Shown piece after piece: positions 18,446 to 28,252 of a stretch of 64,000 bases of DNA; position 1 is the stretch's first letter, and the number at the start of each line of letters is the position of its first letter. The notes below the pieces were generated by a model, which saw only the letters and a program-made list of their open reading frames with translations, searched no databases and was not told where the DNA came from. The stretch comes from Rickettsiales bacterium UBA2645 (GTDB lineage: Bacteria; Pseudomonadota; Alphaproteobacteria; Rickettsiales; UBA1997): contig DENL01000003.1 of the NCBI GenBank assembly GCA_002359655.1, positions 7,418 through 71,417 of the forward strand, written 5' to 3'. The translations under genes and the position numbers were made by a program.

Positions 18446-20191
18446 TTACGTTCTTTTGTAGTTATTAAATTTACTGAGAGAGCAAATTTTTTCTTCAGAA
18501 AGATAGGGGAATTGATCTTGAATTGGCTTTCCCATTTCAAGCTTTGGCTCAATCAAAGTATTTTGATGCAGAATTATTTCTATCACTACCGGTCCCTTGT
18601 AATCAAAAATTTCTTTCGTGATGTTATCAAGAGATTCAACTCTAAAATATTTTATACCGTAAGCCTCAACAACTTTTCTAAAGTCAGGGGTACTATAGCC
18701 TTTTCCAGTGGCTTCATACCTACTTTCAAAATACAAATCTTGAAACTGCTTTATAATCCCATACCCGTCATTATTAAGAATAAAAAGCTTTAGATTTAGG
18801 TTATAAAAATATGCAGTTTGAAGCTCTTGTATATTCATCTGGAATGACCCATCTCCTATGAAAGCAATAACTTCTCTTTGGGGCTTGTGCAATGCTCCAC
18901 CTATTGCAGCTGGAAAAGAATAAGCCATTGGAGAGTTACCTCCAGCAGTGCAAAGGACCTGATTTGTTCTGTGAAATATTTGGAAAACCCAACATAAGCT
19001 TGCCCCAGTATCAGCGATGACCACTGCATCATCGCTAATCATTTTATTAATTTTTTGAACCACCAAATAAGGTGACAAGGTATTGTTATTTTTAGAAAAC
19101 TCACTTGCGTCTTTGCCAAAAAATTCTTTTTTCAAACTAGCTGCGTAATCAATCCAATCTTGGCTTGAATTAATAGAGACTAATAAAATTTCTTTAACAT
19201 GTTTTAAATTTAAGTGGATGGTTTTATAGCCTTCGTGCTTATATTTTTTGAGCTCTTCGCCATCGACATCAATCACACAAACCTTAGCTACCGGAGCAAA
19301 TGATTTAGGATTTCCGGAGCGTTGTCTGTTATCTAATCTACTTCCAAGAACCAACAAAGTATCGCAATTTTGCACTAAAGAATTTGCACCTCTATTGCCA
19401 TAAACTCCTATCTGACCATGATAGTTTTTCATATTGTGATTGAAGTAAGTCATGCCATTCCAACTTGAAACAAAAGGAACTGATGAATTTTCTTGTAACC
19501 ATTTTACCACATCATTTTCGGCACCAGCAAGACCTACGCCAGCACCGAATAGAACAACTGGTCGCTTTGAATCTTTAAAAAAGTGTAAAATTTCTTGAGA
19601 AATTTTTTGTATTTCTTGCACAGATAATTTTTTTTCTACTGGCGCATTATAAATAATCTTATCACCAACTTCTTCTTTCTGCACATTAATCGGAACATCA
19701 ATCAAAACTGGTCCTTTGCGGTCAGAGATCGCAATATTATAAGCTTTTTCCAATTCTATTTTTAGTTCTTCACCGTTTTTAACCTGCACCGCATATTTTG
19801 TAATTGGCTTAACAATATCGACTATATTGGTTTCTTGAAATCCAGCTTGTCTAACTTTTGTACCAATAAAATTTGCACTTTCGCCTTGGTTAACTTGCCC
19901 AGTGATATGAAAAGTTGGTATTGAATCGAAGTAAGAACAAGCAATACCAGTAACAAGATTTGTTGCGCCAGGACCAGAAGTTGCAACCGTGACACCAACT
20001 GTGCGATCAATTCTCCACAAAGAATCTGCAGCCATTGCAGCAGCTTGCTCATGTTGAAAACAAACGTAGTCAGTATTCGGATTTCTTCCAATCGCATCAA
20101 CAATAAAAGCACAGGCTCCACCCGTTACTAGAAAAAATTTATCCGAACCCCTTTGGCGAAAAAATTCCGCGATATACTCTGCCCCAATCAT
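18446..20191 (-). CDS. Thiamine-diphosphate-dependent enzyme, acetolactate-synthase-like (possible YerE-type sugar branching enzyme)
   Basis: 581 aa. The N-terminal Pyr domain has ATSGPGATNL; the C-terminal PP domain has GDGSFQMNIQEL...NNDGYG. It is the last gene of the nucleotide-sugar cluster. Confidence 0.8.
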   Translation of the reverse strand: MIGAEYIAEFFRQRGSDKFFLVTGGACAFIVDAIGRNPNTDYVCFQHEQAAAMAADSLWRIDRTVGVTVATSGPGATNLVTGIACSYFDSIPTFHITGQVNQGESANFIGTKVRQAGFQETNIVDIVKPITKYAVQVKNGEELKIELEKAYNIAISDRKGPVLIDVPINVQKEEVGDKIIYNAPVEKKLSVQEIQKISQEILHFFKDSKRPVVLFGAGVGLAGAENDVVKWLQENSSVPFVSSWNGMTYFNHNMKNYHGQIGVYGNRGANSLVQNCDTLLVLGSRLDNRQRSGNPKSFAPVAKVCVIDVDGEELKKYKHEGYKTIHLNLKHVKEILLVSINSSQDWIDYAASLKKEFFGKDASEFSKNNNTLSPYLVVQKINKMISDDAVVIADTGASLCWVFQIFHRTNQVLCTAGGNSPMAYSFPAAIGGALHKPQREVIAFIGDGSFQMNIQELQTAYFYNLNLKLFILNNDGYGIIKQFQDLYFESRYEATGKGYSTPDFRKVVEAYGIKYFRVESLDNITKEIFDYKGPVVIEIILHQNTLIEPKLEMGKPIQDQFPYLSEEKICSLSKFNNYKRT

Positions 20192-20209
20192 AGTTTTTAT
20201 TGTTTAATG

Positions 20210-20989
20210 TTACCAAATTTTCCAAGGTGCCTTACAGCCATTCCAAAGGCTTTCTAAATGAATCTTATCGCGCTGCGTATCCATCGCATACCAGAAATCT
20301 TCATGCTTGTATGACATTAGCTGATTGGCTGCGGCTAGATTTTTTAAAGGCTGCTGCTCTAGCATCACATCATCACCATCTGGAATGTAATCGAAAATTT
20401 TTTGTGAAAAAACGAAGAATCCACCATTGATGTAATTGCCATCGCCCGAAGGTTTTTCGTGAAAATTTTTTACCGTAGTATCGTCGTCAGAAATTTCTAG
20501 AACTCCAAATCTGCCAGCTGGCTTCACTGCTGTTAGCGTTGCAGCTTTGCCGTGAACTTTGTGAAACTCGATCGTCTTGGCAATATCAACATCACAAACC
20601 CCGTCTCCGTAAGTTAGGCAGAAATTTTCTTCACCCTTTAAATAATCTTTAACTTTTTTAATGCGGGCTCCAGTCATTCTATTTTCACCAGTTTCAACCA
20701 AAGTCACTTTCCATTTTTCAGAATTATTATTGTGAATGGTATGAGTATTATTGGAAAGATCGTAAGTGACATCCGAAGTGTGACGATAGTAATTAGCAAA
20801 ATATTCTTTGATCATGTATCCTTTATAACCAAGACAAATCACGAAATCATTGATGCCATGAGCTGAGTAGATTTTCATAATATGCCACAAAATCGGCTTG
20901 TTACCAACTTCAACCATCGGCTTTGGTTTAAAAGTTGTTTCTTCGCTAAGTCTTGTCCCAAGACCACCGGCCAGAATCACTGCTTTCAT
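20210..20989 (-). CDS. rfbF: Glucose-1-phosphate cytidylyltransferase
   Basis: MKAVILAGGLGTRLSEET..KPKPMVE.G.KPILWHIMK.Y; 259 aa, classic RfbF/DdhA. Confidence 0.9.
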   Translation of the reverse strand: MKAVILAGGLGTRLSEETTFKPKPMVEVGNKPILWHIMKIYSAHGINDFVICLGYKGYMIKEYFANYYRHTSDVTYDLSNNTHTIHNNNSEKWKVTLVETGENRMTGARIKKVKDYLKGEENFCLTYGDGVCDVDIAKTIEFHKVHGKAATLTAVKPAGRFGVLEISDDDTTVKNFHEKPSGDGNYINGGFFVFSQKIFDYIPDGDDVMLEQQPLKNLAAANQLMSYKHEDFWYAMDTQRDKIHLESLWNGCKAPWKIW

Positions 20990-22035
20990 AAACTGTTATT
21001 TTTTTGATACCAAAGAAAGGTACTTTTTATTGCTTTTTCAAGAGAGGTATATTGTTCCAAACCCAACTCCAGCTTAGCTTTCTCATTGCAAGAAATGTAG
21101 CGCGAGCTAGATGAAGTATTAAAACCTTGATTGTCAGAAAAGGCAATTTTTGATTTTGAAGAAAGGGTTTTTACAACTAATCCTGCTAGGTCTTCTATTA
21201 AAATTTCTTGCGAAGAACCAACGTTATAAACGGAATTGTTTGGCGCAGAAATTAAAATTCTCATCAGCCAAATCGCTAAATCAATTGAGTAAAGATAGGA
21301 GCGATAGGTTTTGGATTTAGATTGAAGAATCACATCTTTATTATTTGCAACGTCACGAATAAAATTTCCGATCGCATAGTGACCATCAAAATTCATATAG
21401 GGACCAACAAAACTGAAGCATCTAGCAACACTAGTTTGAACAGCGTAAGAGGAGGAATAAATTGAGCATAAAATCTCGCCCAATCTTTTTGCCTCACCGT
21501 AAACTGAAGATATTTTTTGCAAGTCAGGAGCAGATAGATCGCTTTCCAAACGCAATTTCATATCCAGATTTTGAGCACCATAAATTGCGCCAGAACTCAA
21601 ATAAAGAAATCTACAACCCTTGTTGGATCTAGCAATTTCCAGCATATTTTGAGTGCCTAGGTAATTTTCTTCTAAAAATTTGTGGGGAGAATTTTTAAGT
21701 CTTTCTGAGGAAGTGTCGCAAGCGGCGTGAATTATGTAATCAACTTTGTCGTGAAAATCTTTTAACTGAGAAATGTTAGATTCAATCAAATTGATTTTTG
21801 AAGAACTAAGAATAGGAAATTTCTTTTTAAAAGATTCTAAGTTTCTTGAAACAGCATAAATCTTGATATTCAAACCATGCCTCCAATCAAGATGTAGAAG
21901 ACATTCCAATAAGCATCGACCAAAAAACCCACTAGCACCAGAAACAAGAATTGACTTATCTCTTAATTCTCCAGGCAAGTCAAAGAGCTTGGTTTCAAAA
22001 AGCTCGAGATCAGATTTGTCGATTGAAAAATGCAT
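20986..22035 (-). CDS. NAD-dependent nucleotide-sugar epimerase/reductase (extended SDR)
   Basis: VSGASGFFGRCL Rossmann motif and a Y-x3-K (YGEAKRLGE); 349 aa. Substrate cannot be read from sequence. Confidence 0.75.
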   Translation of the reverse strand: MHFSIDKSDLELFETKLFDLPGELRDKSILVSGASGFFGRCLLECLLHLDWRHGLNIKIYAVSRNLESFKKKFPILSSSKINLIESNISQLKDFHDKVDYIIHAACDTSSERLKNSPHKFLEENYLGTQNMLEIARSNKGCRFLYLSSGAIYGAQNLDMKLRLESDLSAPDLQKISSVYGEAKRLGEILCSIYSSSYAVQTSVARCFSFVGPYMNFDGHYAIGNFIRDVANNKDVILQSKSKTYRSYLYSIDLAIWLMRILISAPNNSVYNVGSSQEILIEDLAGLVVKTLSSKSKIAFSDNQGFNTSSSSRYISCNEKAKLELGLEQYTSLEKAIKSTFLWYQKNNSL

Positions 22036-23240
22036 TAGATTTTAGTCTTCAAAAATTCTTCAATTGTGTTGTGCATATGAGCAATCATTTCTCCATTCAA
22101 CCCGTGATGACAAGCCAGTAAAACGCCACCACGCATAATATTATCAGAATTGTCTAAACTTGCCGCTTTTCTCATTTCAAGATTTTTATAACCTGGTTGG
22201 CGAGTAATATTGCCAGTGAAAACTACACGGGTTTGGATATTTCTTTTTTCTAAATAGATTTGGAAATCACGACGCTCGAAAGGCGCGCTATCTTTGATTA
22301 TAATTGGGAAAGCTAACCAACCAGTTCTGCAATTTGCGGTTTCTTGCGGCAGCGTGAAAAACTCTTCATATTTTTTGAAGAAGTTGGTTTGAGTTTGATA
22401 ATTTTTGCGACGAGTTTCGATATTATGCTCTAAATCTTCTAACTGCTTCAAACCAAAGGCAGCACCGATTTCTGAGCCTTCTAAATTATATCCGATAGTT
22501 TCAAAAACAAATTTCGCGTCATATTTGATGCCATCAATATCAACATTAAAGCGGTTTTCAATCGCTTCTGATTTTTCATCAAAAATTGATGAACTACGGC
22601 CCCAAGAGCGCAGCAATTTAGATTTTCTCAGCTGTTCATCATCATTTATACATAAAGCTCCGCCGTTGCCGGCACAGTTGATAATATGTGAACCATAAAA
22701 GCTGGTAATAGACATATCAGACCAAGTTCCACTTGATTTGCCATTTAAAGTTGCACCCAAAGTGTCGGCCGAGTCTTCGATGACTTTCAGATTATATTTT
22801 TTAGCAATTGCAGCAATTTTGTCCCACTCACAAAGATTGCCCATTAAATTGGGAGCAACGATTGCCACGGTTTTATCCGAAATCATTTCTTCAATTTTTG
22901 TGACATCAATACAGTAATCAGAAACACCGACATCAACAAAAACCGGCACTAAACCATTTTTTACAATACAGCCGACAGTGGTTGAGAATGTTAGAGCTGG
23001 CGTAATTACTTCACTTCCCATTTTAAAACCAAAAGCTTCCATACCGATATAAAGCGCTGAAGAGCCCGAGTTGACATAAAGACAATGTTTTTTGTCAAAA
23101 AGCGCAGCGATTTTTGCTTCAAATTCGCGGGCATATTTACCCATTTGCGTACCTTCTTGCAGGCATTTTACCACGGCGTCAATTTCTTTTTGTCCGTAAA
23201 CAGTTTTTGCATAGGAAACACTAATATCTTGACTAGTCAT
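22035..23240 (-). CDS. rfbH: NDP-4-keto-6-deoxyhexose 3-dehydratase (RfbH/DdhC/ColD branch of the DegT/DnrJ/EryC1 family)
   Basis: DegT-fold aminotransferase-like. At the PLP-lysine position it reads SFYGSH(185)IINCAGNGGAL, with His in place of Lys. That substitution is the hallmark of the PMP-dependent 3-dehydratases E1 and ColD. Confidence 0.75.
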   Translation of the reverse strand: MTSQDISVSYAKTVYGQKEIDAVVKCLQEGTQMGKYAREFEAKIAALFDKKHCLYVNSGSSALYIGMEAFGFKMGSEVITPALTFSTTVGCIVKNGLVPVFVDVGVSDYCIDVTKIEEMISDKTVAIVAPNLMGNLCEWDKIAAIAKKYNLKVIEDSADTLGATLNGKSSGTWSDMSITSFYGSHIINCAGNGGALCINDDEQLRKSKLLRSWGRSSSIFDEKSEAIENRFNVDIDGIKYDAKFVFETIGYNLEGSEIGAAFGLKQLEDLEHNIETRRKNYQTQTNFFKKYEEFFTLPQETANCRTGWLAFPIIIKDSAPFERRDFQIYLEKRNIQTRVVFTGNITRQPGYKNLEMRKAASLDNSDNIMRGGVLLACHHGLNGEMIAHMHNTIEEFLKTKI

Positions 23241-23243
23241 TGT

Positions 23244-24368
23244 TTAACTAATTTTGAGTTTGATCAGGAGAAAATAATCGGTGAGAAAATTCTTAAGCGT
23301 TGTCAGTCTTTTTCTTGAAGAGCTCAAAAATTTTTGCATTGGATTTTTGGGGCATGCTGTTTCAAGATTTTCTTTTTGCAATAAGAAAAACCGCTCTTTT
23401 TTTACTTTCATTTTTTTTGGGTTTAGTGCAACCGAATCATTCTCTATAATATCCGAAATCAGGTTGAATGCATTATATTTGTCCATCACCAAATCTCTTG
23501 CTAAAAATAGTTGCTCAAAATTTTTCTCATAAAAATTTTCAAAAATTAATTTTTCAATTTTAGCAATTGCAGTTTTGGGATATTTAATATCGATCTCTGT
23601 AACTTGAGCATCAGTAAAATAATTGTTAATATTGGTAGCACCACAATAAATTGGATGAGTCAGAACCATCAAAGGATCTATCAATTTTTCAGTCCAATAA
23701 TCCGGTGATTGGGAATTTTCTAAAGCAATGTGATATTTATAAGGCGCGATTCCTTGCCATTTACTATCAATTGGTCTTACTCCAATTCCGAACCAATCGA
23801 TCTTGTCTTTGAAGTGATTTTTTAATTTTTGACAAAAGTTAAAGCGCGCTTTGTGACCTTGAGTAAAGATTTTATTAGAACAAAAAACTGATAAAAGCTT
23901 TTCTTTCTTGATCTGACGCAGGTTTTTAAAATCGTTATAACCAAGTCCATCACCTTGCCATTTTTGAAATTCTTCTTTTGACTTAATTGGACTACCACCG
24001 TCAATCCACCAATTTATTGGGGGCCGACAAGGAAAAGCTCTATTATGTTTGAAATTTTCTTGCGAGCTATAAACGCGACCGAATTGTTTTACAAAATCTG
24101 ACGAATCGTCGTAAGATTTGATAGATCTGGGTTCACCAGTCATTAAAATTATGTTTCGTGGATCAACTTCGCATTCTTCTTCATCAAACTCTATGTCACC
24201 AATTATGATCCAGTGATCAGCTTTTTTTATTGTCGTATCATTCCAAAAAAATTGGCAATTTTTCCAGATATTACTGCGAGATGGTAAGAACTTGAAAACC
24301 ATTGGGTTACTGTGATCAGGCCATGATAAGGTTGATCCAGCACAGCTGATTTTAACAATCTTCATCAA
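23244..24368 (-). CDS. GT10-like glycosyltransferase (alpha-1,3/4-fucosyltransferase family)
   Basis: YKYHIALENSQSPDYWTEKLIDPLMVLTHPIYCGA matches the GT10 motif YKF.L.FENS...GYVTEK..D.....IPIYWG as I remember it from Helicobacter FucT. Confidence 0.7.
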   Translation of the reverse strand: MMKIVKISCAGSTLSWPDHSNPMVFKFLPSRSNIWKNCQFFWNDTTIKKADHWIIIGDIEFDEEECEVDPRNIILMTGEPRSIKSYDDSSDFVKQFGRVYSSQENFKHNRAFPCRPPINWWIDGGSPIKSKEEFQKWQGDGLGYNDFKNLRQIKKEKLLSVFCSNKIFTQGHKARFNFCQKLKNHFKDKIDWFGIGVRPIDSKWQGIAPYKYHIALENSQSPDYWTEKLIDPLMVLTHPIYCGATNINNYFTDAQVTEIDIKYPKTAIAKIEKLIFENFYEKNFEQLFLARDLVMDKYNAFNLISDIIENDSVALNPKKMKVKKERFFLLQKENLETACPKNPMQKFLSSSRKRLTTLKNFLTDYFLLIKLKIS

Positions 24369-24370
24369 AT

Positions 24371-25210
24371 TTAATCTCCGAATCTTTTTCTTAATTTTTT
24401 ACACGCTTTAGCAACTAAAAATATCTTACCAAAAACACCAAAACCGCGCGAACTGCATTTTTTTAAAATATCAATTTGATCAAGCTGCATCTGCTTTCTT
24501 GAAGCATCAATTTTATTTTGAGCATTACCTAAAGATTTTTGCCAAGCCTTAACATGATCAGCATCAGAAAATGATAACTTAGTTTGGCGCCAGTTGTAAA
24601 TTGAGCGAGAAGCGTAAAGTAATCTTCCTTCACGCGCCATATTACAAACAAAAACATGGTCATTACCAAGCATTGCTCTCATCGGATATTTTTGCGCAAT
24701 TTCTGTACGATAAATTCCAAACAAGGCAGAAACATCGTGAAGATGAGCAATCAAACAATAAACGCGTTGAGCTGGAAAGTCTGAAGCTAAACGATCGGCA
24801 TACCAAAAATCATAAATTCCAATTTCTAAATCATCATTATCAACATGACGACAGGCTGGATAACAACCAACAGCATCAGTATTTTCAAGCATGTGAAGTA
24901 TGTGACTAGAATAGCCTTCATCAAGATAATCATGACCTCCGCTCCACATAAAATATTTTGTTTTGGCTTGAGCCAAAACAAAATTAAAATTCCATGTTCC
25001 ACCCTGATTTTCTTGGTGGCGGATATAAATCAAATTTGAGTATTTTTTTGCTAATTCTTCGCAAATTTTTTGCGTATCGTCTGTTGAAGCGTTATCAGAA
25101 ATAATCACTCGCGCTGCCTGATTGATACAACTGTCAATAGTTTTTCTTATATACTTACCCTCGTTATAAGCAGGAATACCAATGGTTAACAACTCTTTGT
25201 AGTATTTCAT
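24371..25210 (-). CDS. Glycosyltransferase family 2
   Basis: LTIGIPAYNEGKYIRKTIDSCINQ...VIISDNASTDDT: GT2 N-terminal signature. Confidence 0.85.
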   Translation of the reverse strand: MKYYKELLTIGIPAYNEGKYIRKTIDSCINQAARVIISDNASTDDTQKICEELAKKYSNLIYIRHQENQGGTWNFNFVLAQAKTKYFMWSGGHDYLDEGYSSHILHMLENTDAVGCYPACRHVDNDDLEIGIYDFWYADRLASDFPAQRVYCLIAHLHDVSALFGIYRTEIAQKYPMRAMLGNDHVFVCNMAREGRLLYASRSIYNWRQTKLSFSDADHVKAWQKSLGNAQNKIDASRKQMQLDQIDILKKCSSRGFGVFGKIFLVAKACKKLRKRFGD

Positions 25211-25212
25211 AG

Positions 25213-26259
25213 CTAAAATAATTTTAATCTTTTTTCCAACTCTTCTAAATCAACGATCATGTCGGTATGAAATTCATTGATATAGAAATTATTTTGATCA
25301 ATCTCACAATGTTGGTAGTCATGCTCTAAACCACAAGCCTGCGATAATTCGCTAAACCATGTACCACCATTTTTATCTCCATATTCCTTTTTAGGATATA
25401 GTTCTAAAACTTTAGTATCCTCTCGGGCAAACATGATATTAGTTAAATTAGATCCGCATTGACTTACAATATAATCAGCATTGTAGACTATCGCTACACC
25501 ATCTTCGAAATTAAAATCTTCCATATTAACAATTGCAAAACCATATCTGAGCAATAGTTGATCAACATCTTTTTGATTAAGAATAATCCTCTTCTTCTGT
25601 CTGCTGCGAGAAATAAATATTTTTTTCCCTAAATTAAAATCTAATTTGTTATGCAACTTACAATAATTCAACATCTCATCCCTTAGATCTATAATAGCTG
25701 AATCATGGGTAGTATTGATTAAACTACCTCCCAAAGCACAAGAAACAAAAAACATTTGGCTTGATTTTACCACCTCTTTTTTATCAATAATAATGAGCTG
25801 ATTCTCTTCTATTCCAAGCATCTTAAGAGATGAGAGACAAAAATTATTCTTATAGTAATTAATAGGAATGACAATTTTAAAATTACTTTTAATGATTTTT
25901 TTAGCCAAAGAAATCCTAACCATCATATCGCATAACCAGTGATAATACATCACATGAAAACTATCATAAACCACCAACACTGGATCTTTCTCGACCTTTA
26001 ACTTTGCCTTCAAATATTTAACTAACCGCTTTTGTTTTTTATAGAAACTAGATTCATGGTCAGAAAGAGTTTCTTTCATCCATCTTAGGCCACGAAATAT
26101 TACTCCATTTGAATCAACCGAAGCTTCACCATAATCAAATAGTTTAATTTCCTTGGTTTTTCCTAAATAAGAAATTTTTTGAGAATAATTTGATGGTAAT
26201 ACCCTCTTAATAGTGACTTCTGGCAGTAAAACTTGCGAACTTGTTCTTCTATTTATCAT
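25213..26259 (-). CDS. GT61/DUF563-like glycosyltransferase
   Basis: MYYHWLCDMMVRI and ..KIFISRSRQKKRIILNQKDV..LL..GF..V.ME... resemble the DUF563 pattern (YyHWl.d.lPRl ... R.i.Ne.ev). Confidence 0.65.
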   Translation of the reverse strand: MINRRTSSQVLLPEVTIKRVLPSNYSQKISYLGKTKEIKLFDYGEASVDSNGVIFRGLRWMKETLSDHESSFYKKQKRLVKYLKAKLKVEKDPVLVVYDSFHVMYYHWLCDMMVRISLAKKIIKSNFKIVIPINYYKNNFCLSSLKMLGIEENQLIIIDKKEVVKSSQMFFVSCALGGSLINTTHDSAIIDLRDEMLNYCKLHNKLDFNLGKKIFISRSRQKKRIILNQKDVDQLLLRYGFAIVNMEDFNFEDGVAIVYNADYIVSQCGSNLTNIMFAREDTKVLELYPKKEYGDKNGGTWFSELSQACGLEHDYQHCEIDQNNFYINEFHTDMIVDLEELEKRLKLF

Positions 26260-27320
26260 TCTTTTATAAAATTTTGGATTTGAGCAATGGTGAAGTTTTT
26301 AACATCGAGAGGAGTTTTTAAGTAATTCTTATACCAATCCGCTGTCCATTTAATTGTTTCTTCAAAAGATAACTTTGGATGCCAATTTAATTCAGATTTA
26401 GCGCGACCATTATCTAGTTTTAAAATTCCCGCTTCATGCAATTTATTCTCATCTTCACTGATTTTGTAAGAACCCGTTTCAAGATTTTGTAATAATAATT
26501 TCGTTAAATTTTCTACATTAACTTCCGCCGCAGAATTTGGGCCAAAATTATAAGCTTTGGCAAAAGCATCTTTTTTTTCGTAAAGATTTTTAGTCAGAAT
26601 TAAATAACCAAAAAGTGGCTCTAAAACATATTGCCAAGGTCTGATTGATTTTGGTGAGCGCAACTCAACTTCTTTTTGATCACGAATTGCTCGAAAAATA
26701 TCGGGAATGATACGATCAACCGAAAAATCGCCGCCGCCAATAACATTGCCGGCCCGAACTGAAGCAATAGCAATGCCTTCTTTTTGAAAAAAAGAACGAC
26801 GATAAGATGAAGTTAAAATTTCAGCGCAAGCCTTACTTGATGAATATGGATCATAGCCGCCAAGTGAATCTTCTTCTTTATAAGAATAATCGATTTCTTT
26901 ATTTTCGTAACATTTATCAGTAGTGATATTGGTGATCACCTTAACGCTACCAGATTTTCTTGCTGCTTCAAAAACATTGAGAGTGCCAATCACGTTGGTT
27001 TCATAAGTTTTACGCGGATCAAAATAAGAGTCGCGTACCAAGGGCTGCGCTGCCATGTGAATAATAATTTCTGGCTGAAAATTTTTTACCACTGAAGCGA
27101 TCTCATCAGCATGACGAATATCACCAATGACAGATTTTTCCAATACTTCACCAACTTTTGCTAAATTAAAAAGACTTTCATAATCCGCCTTCAAAGCAAA
27201 ACCACAAACTTTTGCACCCATGATTTCAAGCCACAAAGAAAGCCATGCGCCTTTGAAACCAGTATGACCAGTCAACAATATTTTTTTACCAGAGTAAAAA
27301 TTTTTAAGATTTATGTTCAT
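26256..27320 (-). CDS. rfbG: CDP-glucose 4,6-dehydratase
   Basis: KKILLTGHTGFKGAWLSLWLEIMGAKV and YSSSKACAE (Y-x3-K); 354 aa. Confidence 0.88.
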   Translation of the reverse strand: MNINLKNFYSGKKILLTGHTGFKGAWLSLWLEIMGAKVCGFALKADYESLFNLAKVGEVLEKSVIGDIRHADEIASVVKNFQPEIIIHMAAQPLVRDSYFDPRKTYETNVIGTLNVFEAARKSGSVKVITNITTDKCYENKEIDYSYKEEDSLGGYDPYSSSKACAEILTSSYRRSFFQKEGIAIASVRAGNVIGGGDFSVDRIIPDIFRAIRDQKEVELRSPKSIRPWQYVLEPLFGYLILTKNLYEKKDAFAKAYNFGPNSAAEVNVENLTKLLLQNLETGSYKISEDENKLHEAGILKLDNGRAKSELNWHPKLSFEETIKWTADWYKNYLKTPLDVKNFTIAQIQNFIKE

Positions 27321-27322
27321 CT

Positions 27323-28252
27323 CTAAGCCTTATTTTGTAGATACCAGCGATAAACAATATTTAAACCATCTTCCAAAGAAGTTTTGGCTTTCCAGCCAAG
27401 GGAATTAATTTTTGAAACGTCTAAACATTTACGTGGAGTGCCGTCAGGCTTGGTTGAATCGAATTTCAACTCTCCAGTGAAGCCGACAGTTTTTTGAACT
27501 AATTCGGCTAATTCGCGAATTGTAGCATCCTCGCCGGTGCCGATATTGGTGAGTCCAGTTACTTCTTTGTTATTCATAATATAAACACAGGCCTCAGCTA
27601 GATCATCAACATAAAGTAGTTCGCGCTTAGGCATACCAGTGCCCCAGACTTCGACAAAATTATCGCCGCGTAGTTTTGCTTCGTGGAATTTACGCATCAA
27701 AGCTGGTAGAACGTGAGATCCGTTTAAATCAAAATTGTCGTTAATGCCATAAAGATTGGTTGGCATAACTGGCACAAAATCGCAATCATATTGAGTGCGA
27801 TACGCTTCGCACATTTTTACGCCAGCAATTTTAGCAATAGCGTAGCCGTAATTTGTCGGTTCAAGTTGACCAGTTAAAAGATATTCTTCTTTAATTGGTT
27901 GCGGCGCCATGCGGGGATAGATGCAGGAGCTACCTAAAAAAATCAGACGCTCAACTTTGTTGAGATATGAGTTGTGAATAACATTGTTTTGAATTTGTAA
28001 ATTCTCGTAAGTGAAAGCGCCAATTTGAGATCTATTAGCTTCAATCCCACCAACTTTTGCTGCAGCTAAAAAAACAAATTCTGGTTTTTCAGATACAAAA
28101 AAATCAGTAACTTCTTTTTGATTAAGCAAATCTAATTCAGAACGATTTTTGGTGATAATGTTGTTATATCCTTGTTTTTTAAGCTCGCGTACAATTGCTG
28201 ATCCAACCATTCCGCGGTGACCAGCGACGTAAATTTTAGAATTTTTTTGCAT
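27323..28252 (-). CDS. fcl: GDP-L-fucose synthase-type 3,5-epimerase/4-reductase (Fcl/ColC family)
   Basis: IYVAGHRGMVGSAI, FLAAAKVGGI.AN, FLGSSCIYP, EPTN..YAIAKIAG.K.CE.Y..QY and MPTNLYG align closely with E. coli Fcl as I recall it. Confidence 0.9.
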   Translation of the reverse strand: MQKNSKIYVAGHRGMVGSAIVRELKKQGYNNIITKNRSELDLLNQKEVTDFFVSEKPEFVFLAAAKVGGIEANRSQIGAFTYENLQIQNNVIHNSYLNKVERLIFLGSSCIYPRMAPQPIKEEYLLTGQLEPTNYGYAIAKIAGVKMCEAYRTQYDCDFVPVMPTNLYGINDNFDLNGSHVLPALMRKFHEAKLRGDNFVEVWGTGMPKRELLYVDDLAEACVYIMNNKEVTGLTNIGTGEDATIRELAELVQKTVGFTGELKFDSTKPDGTPRKCLDVSKINSLGWKAKTSLEDGLNIVYRWYLQNKA

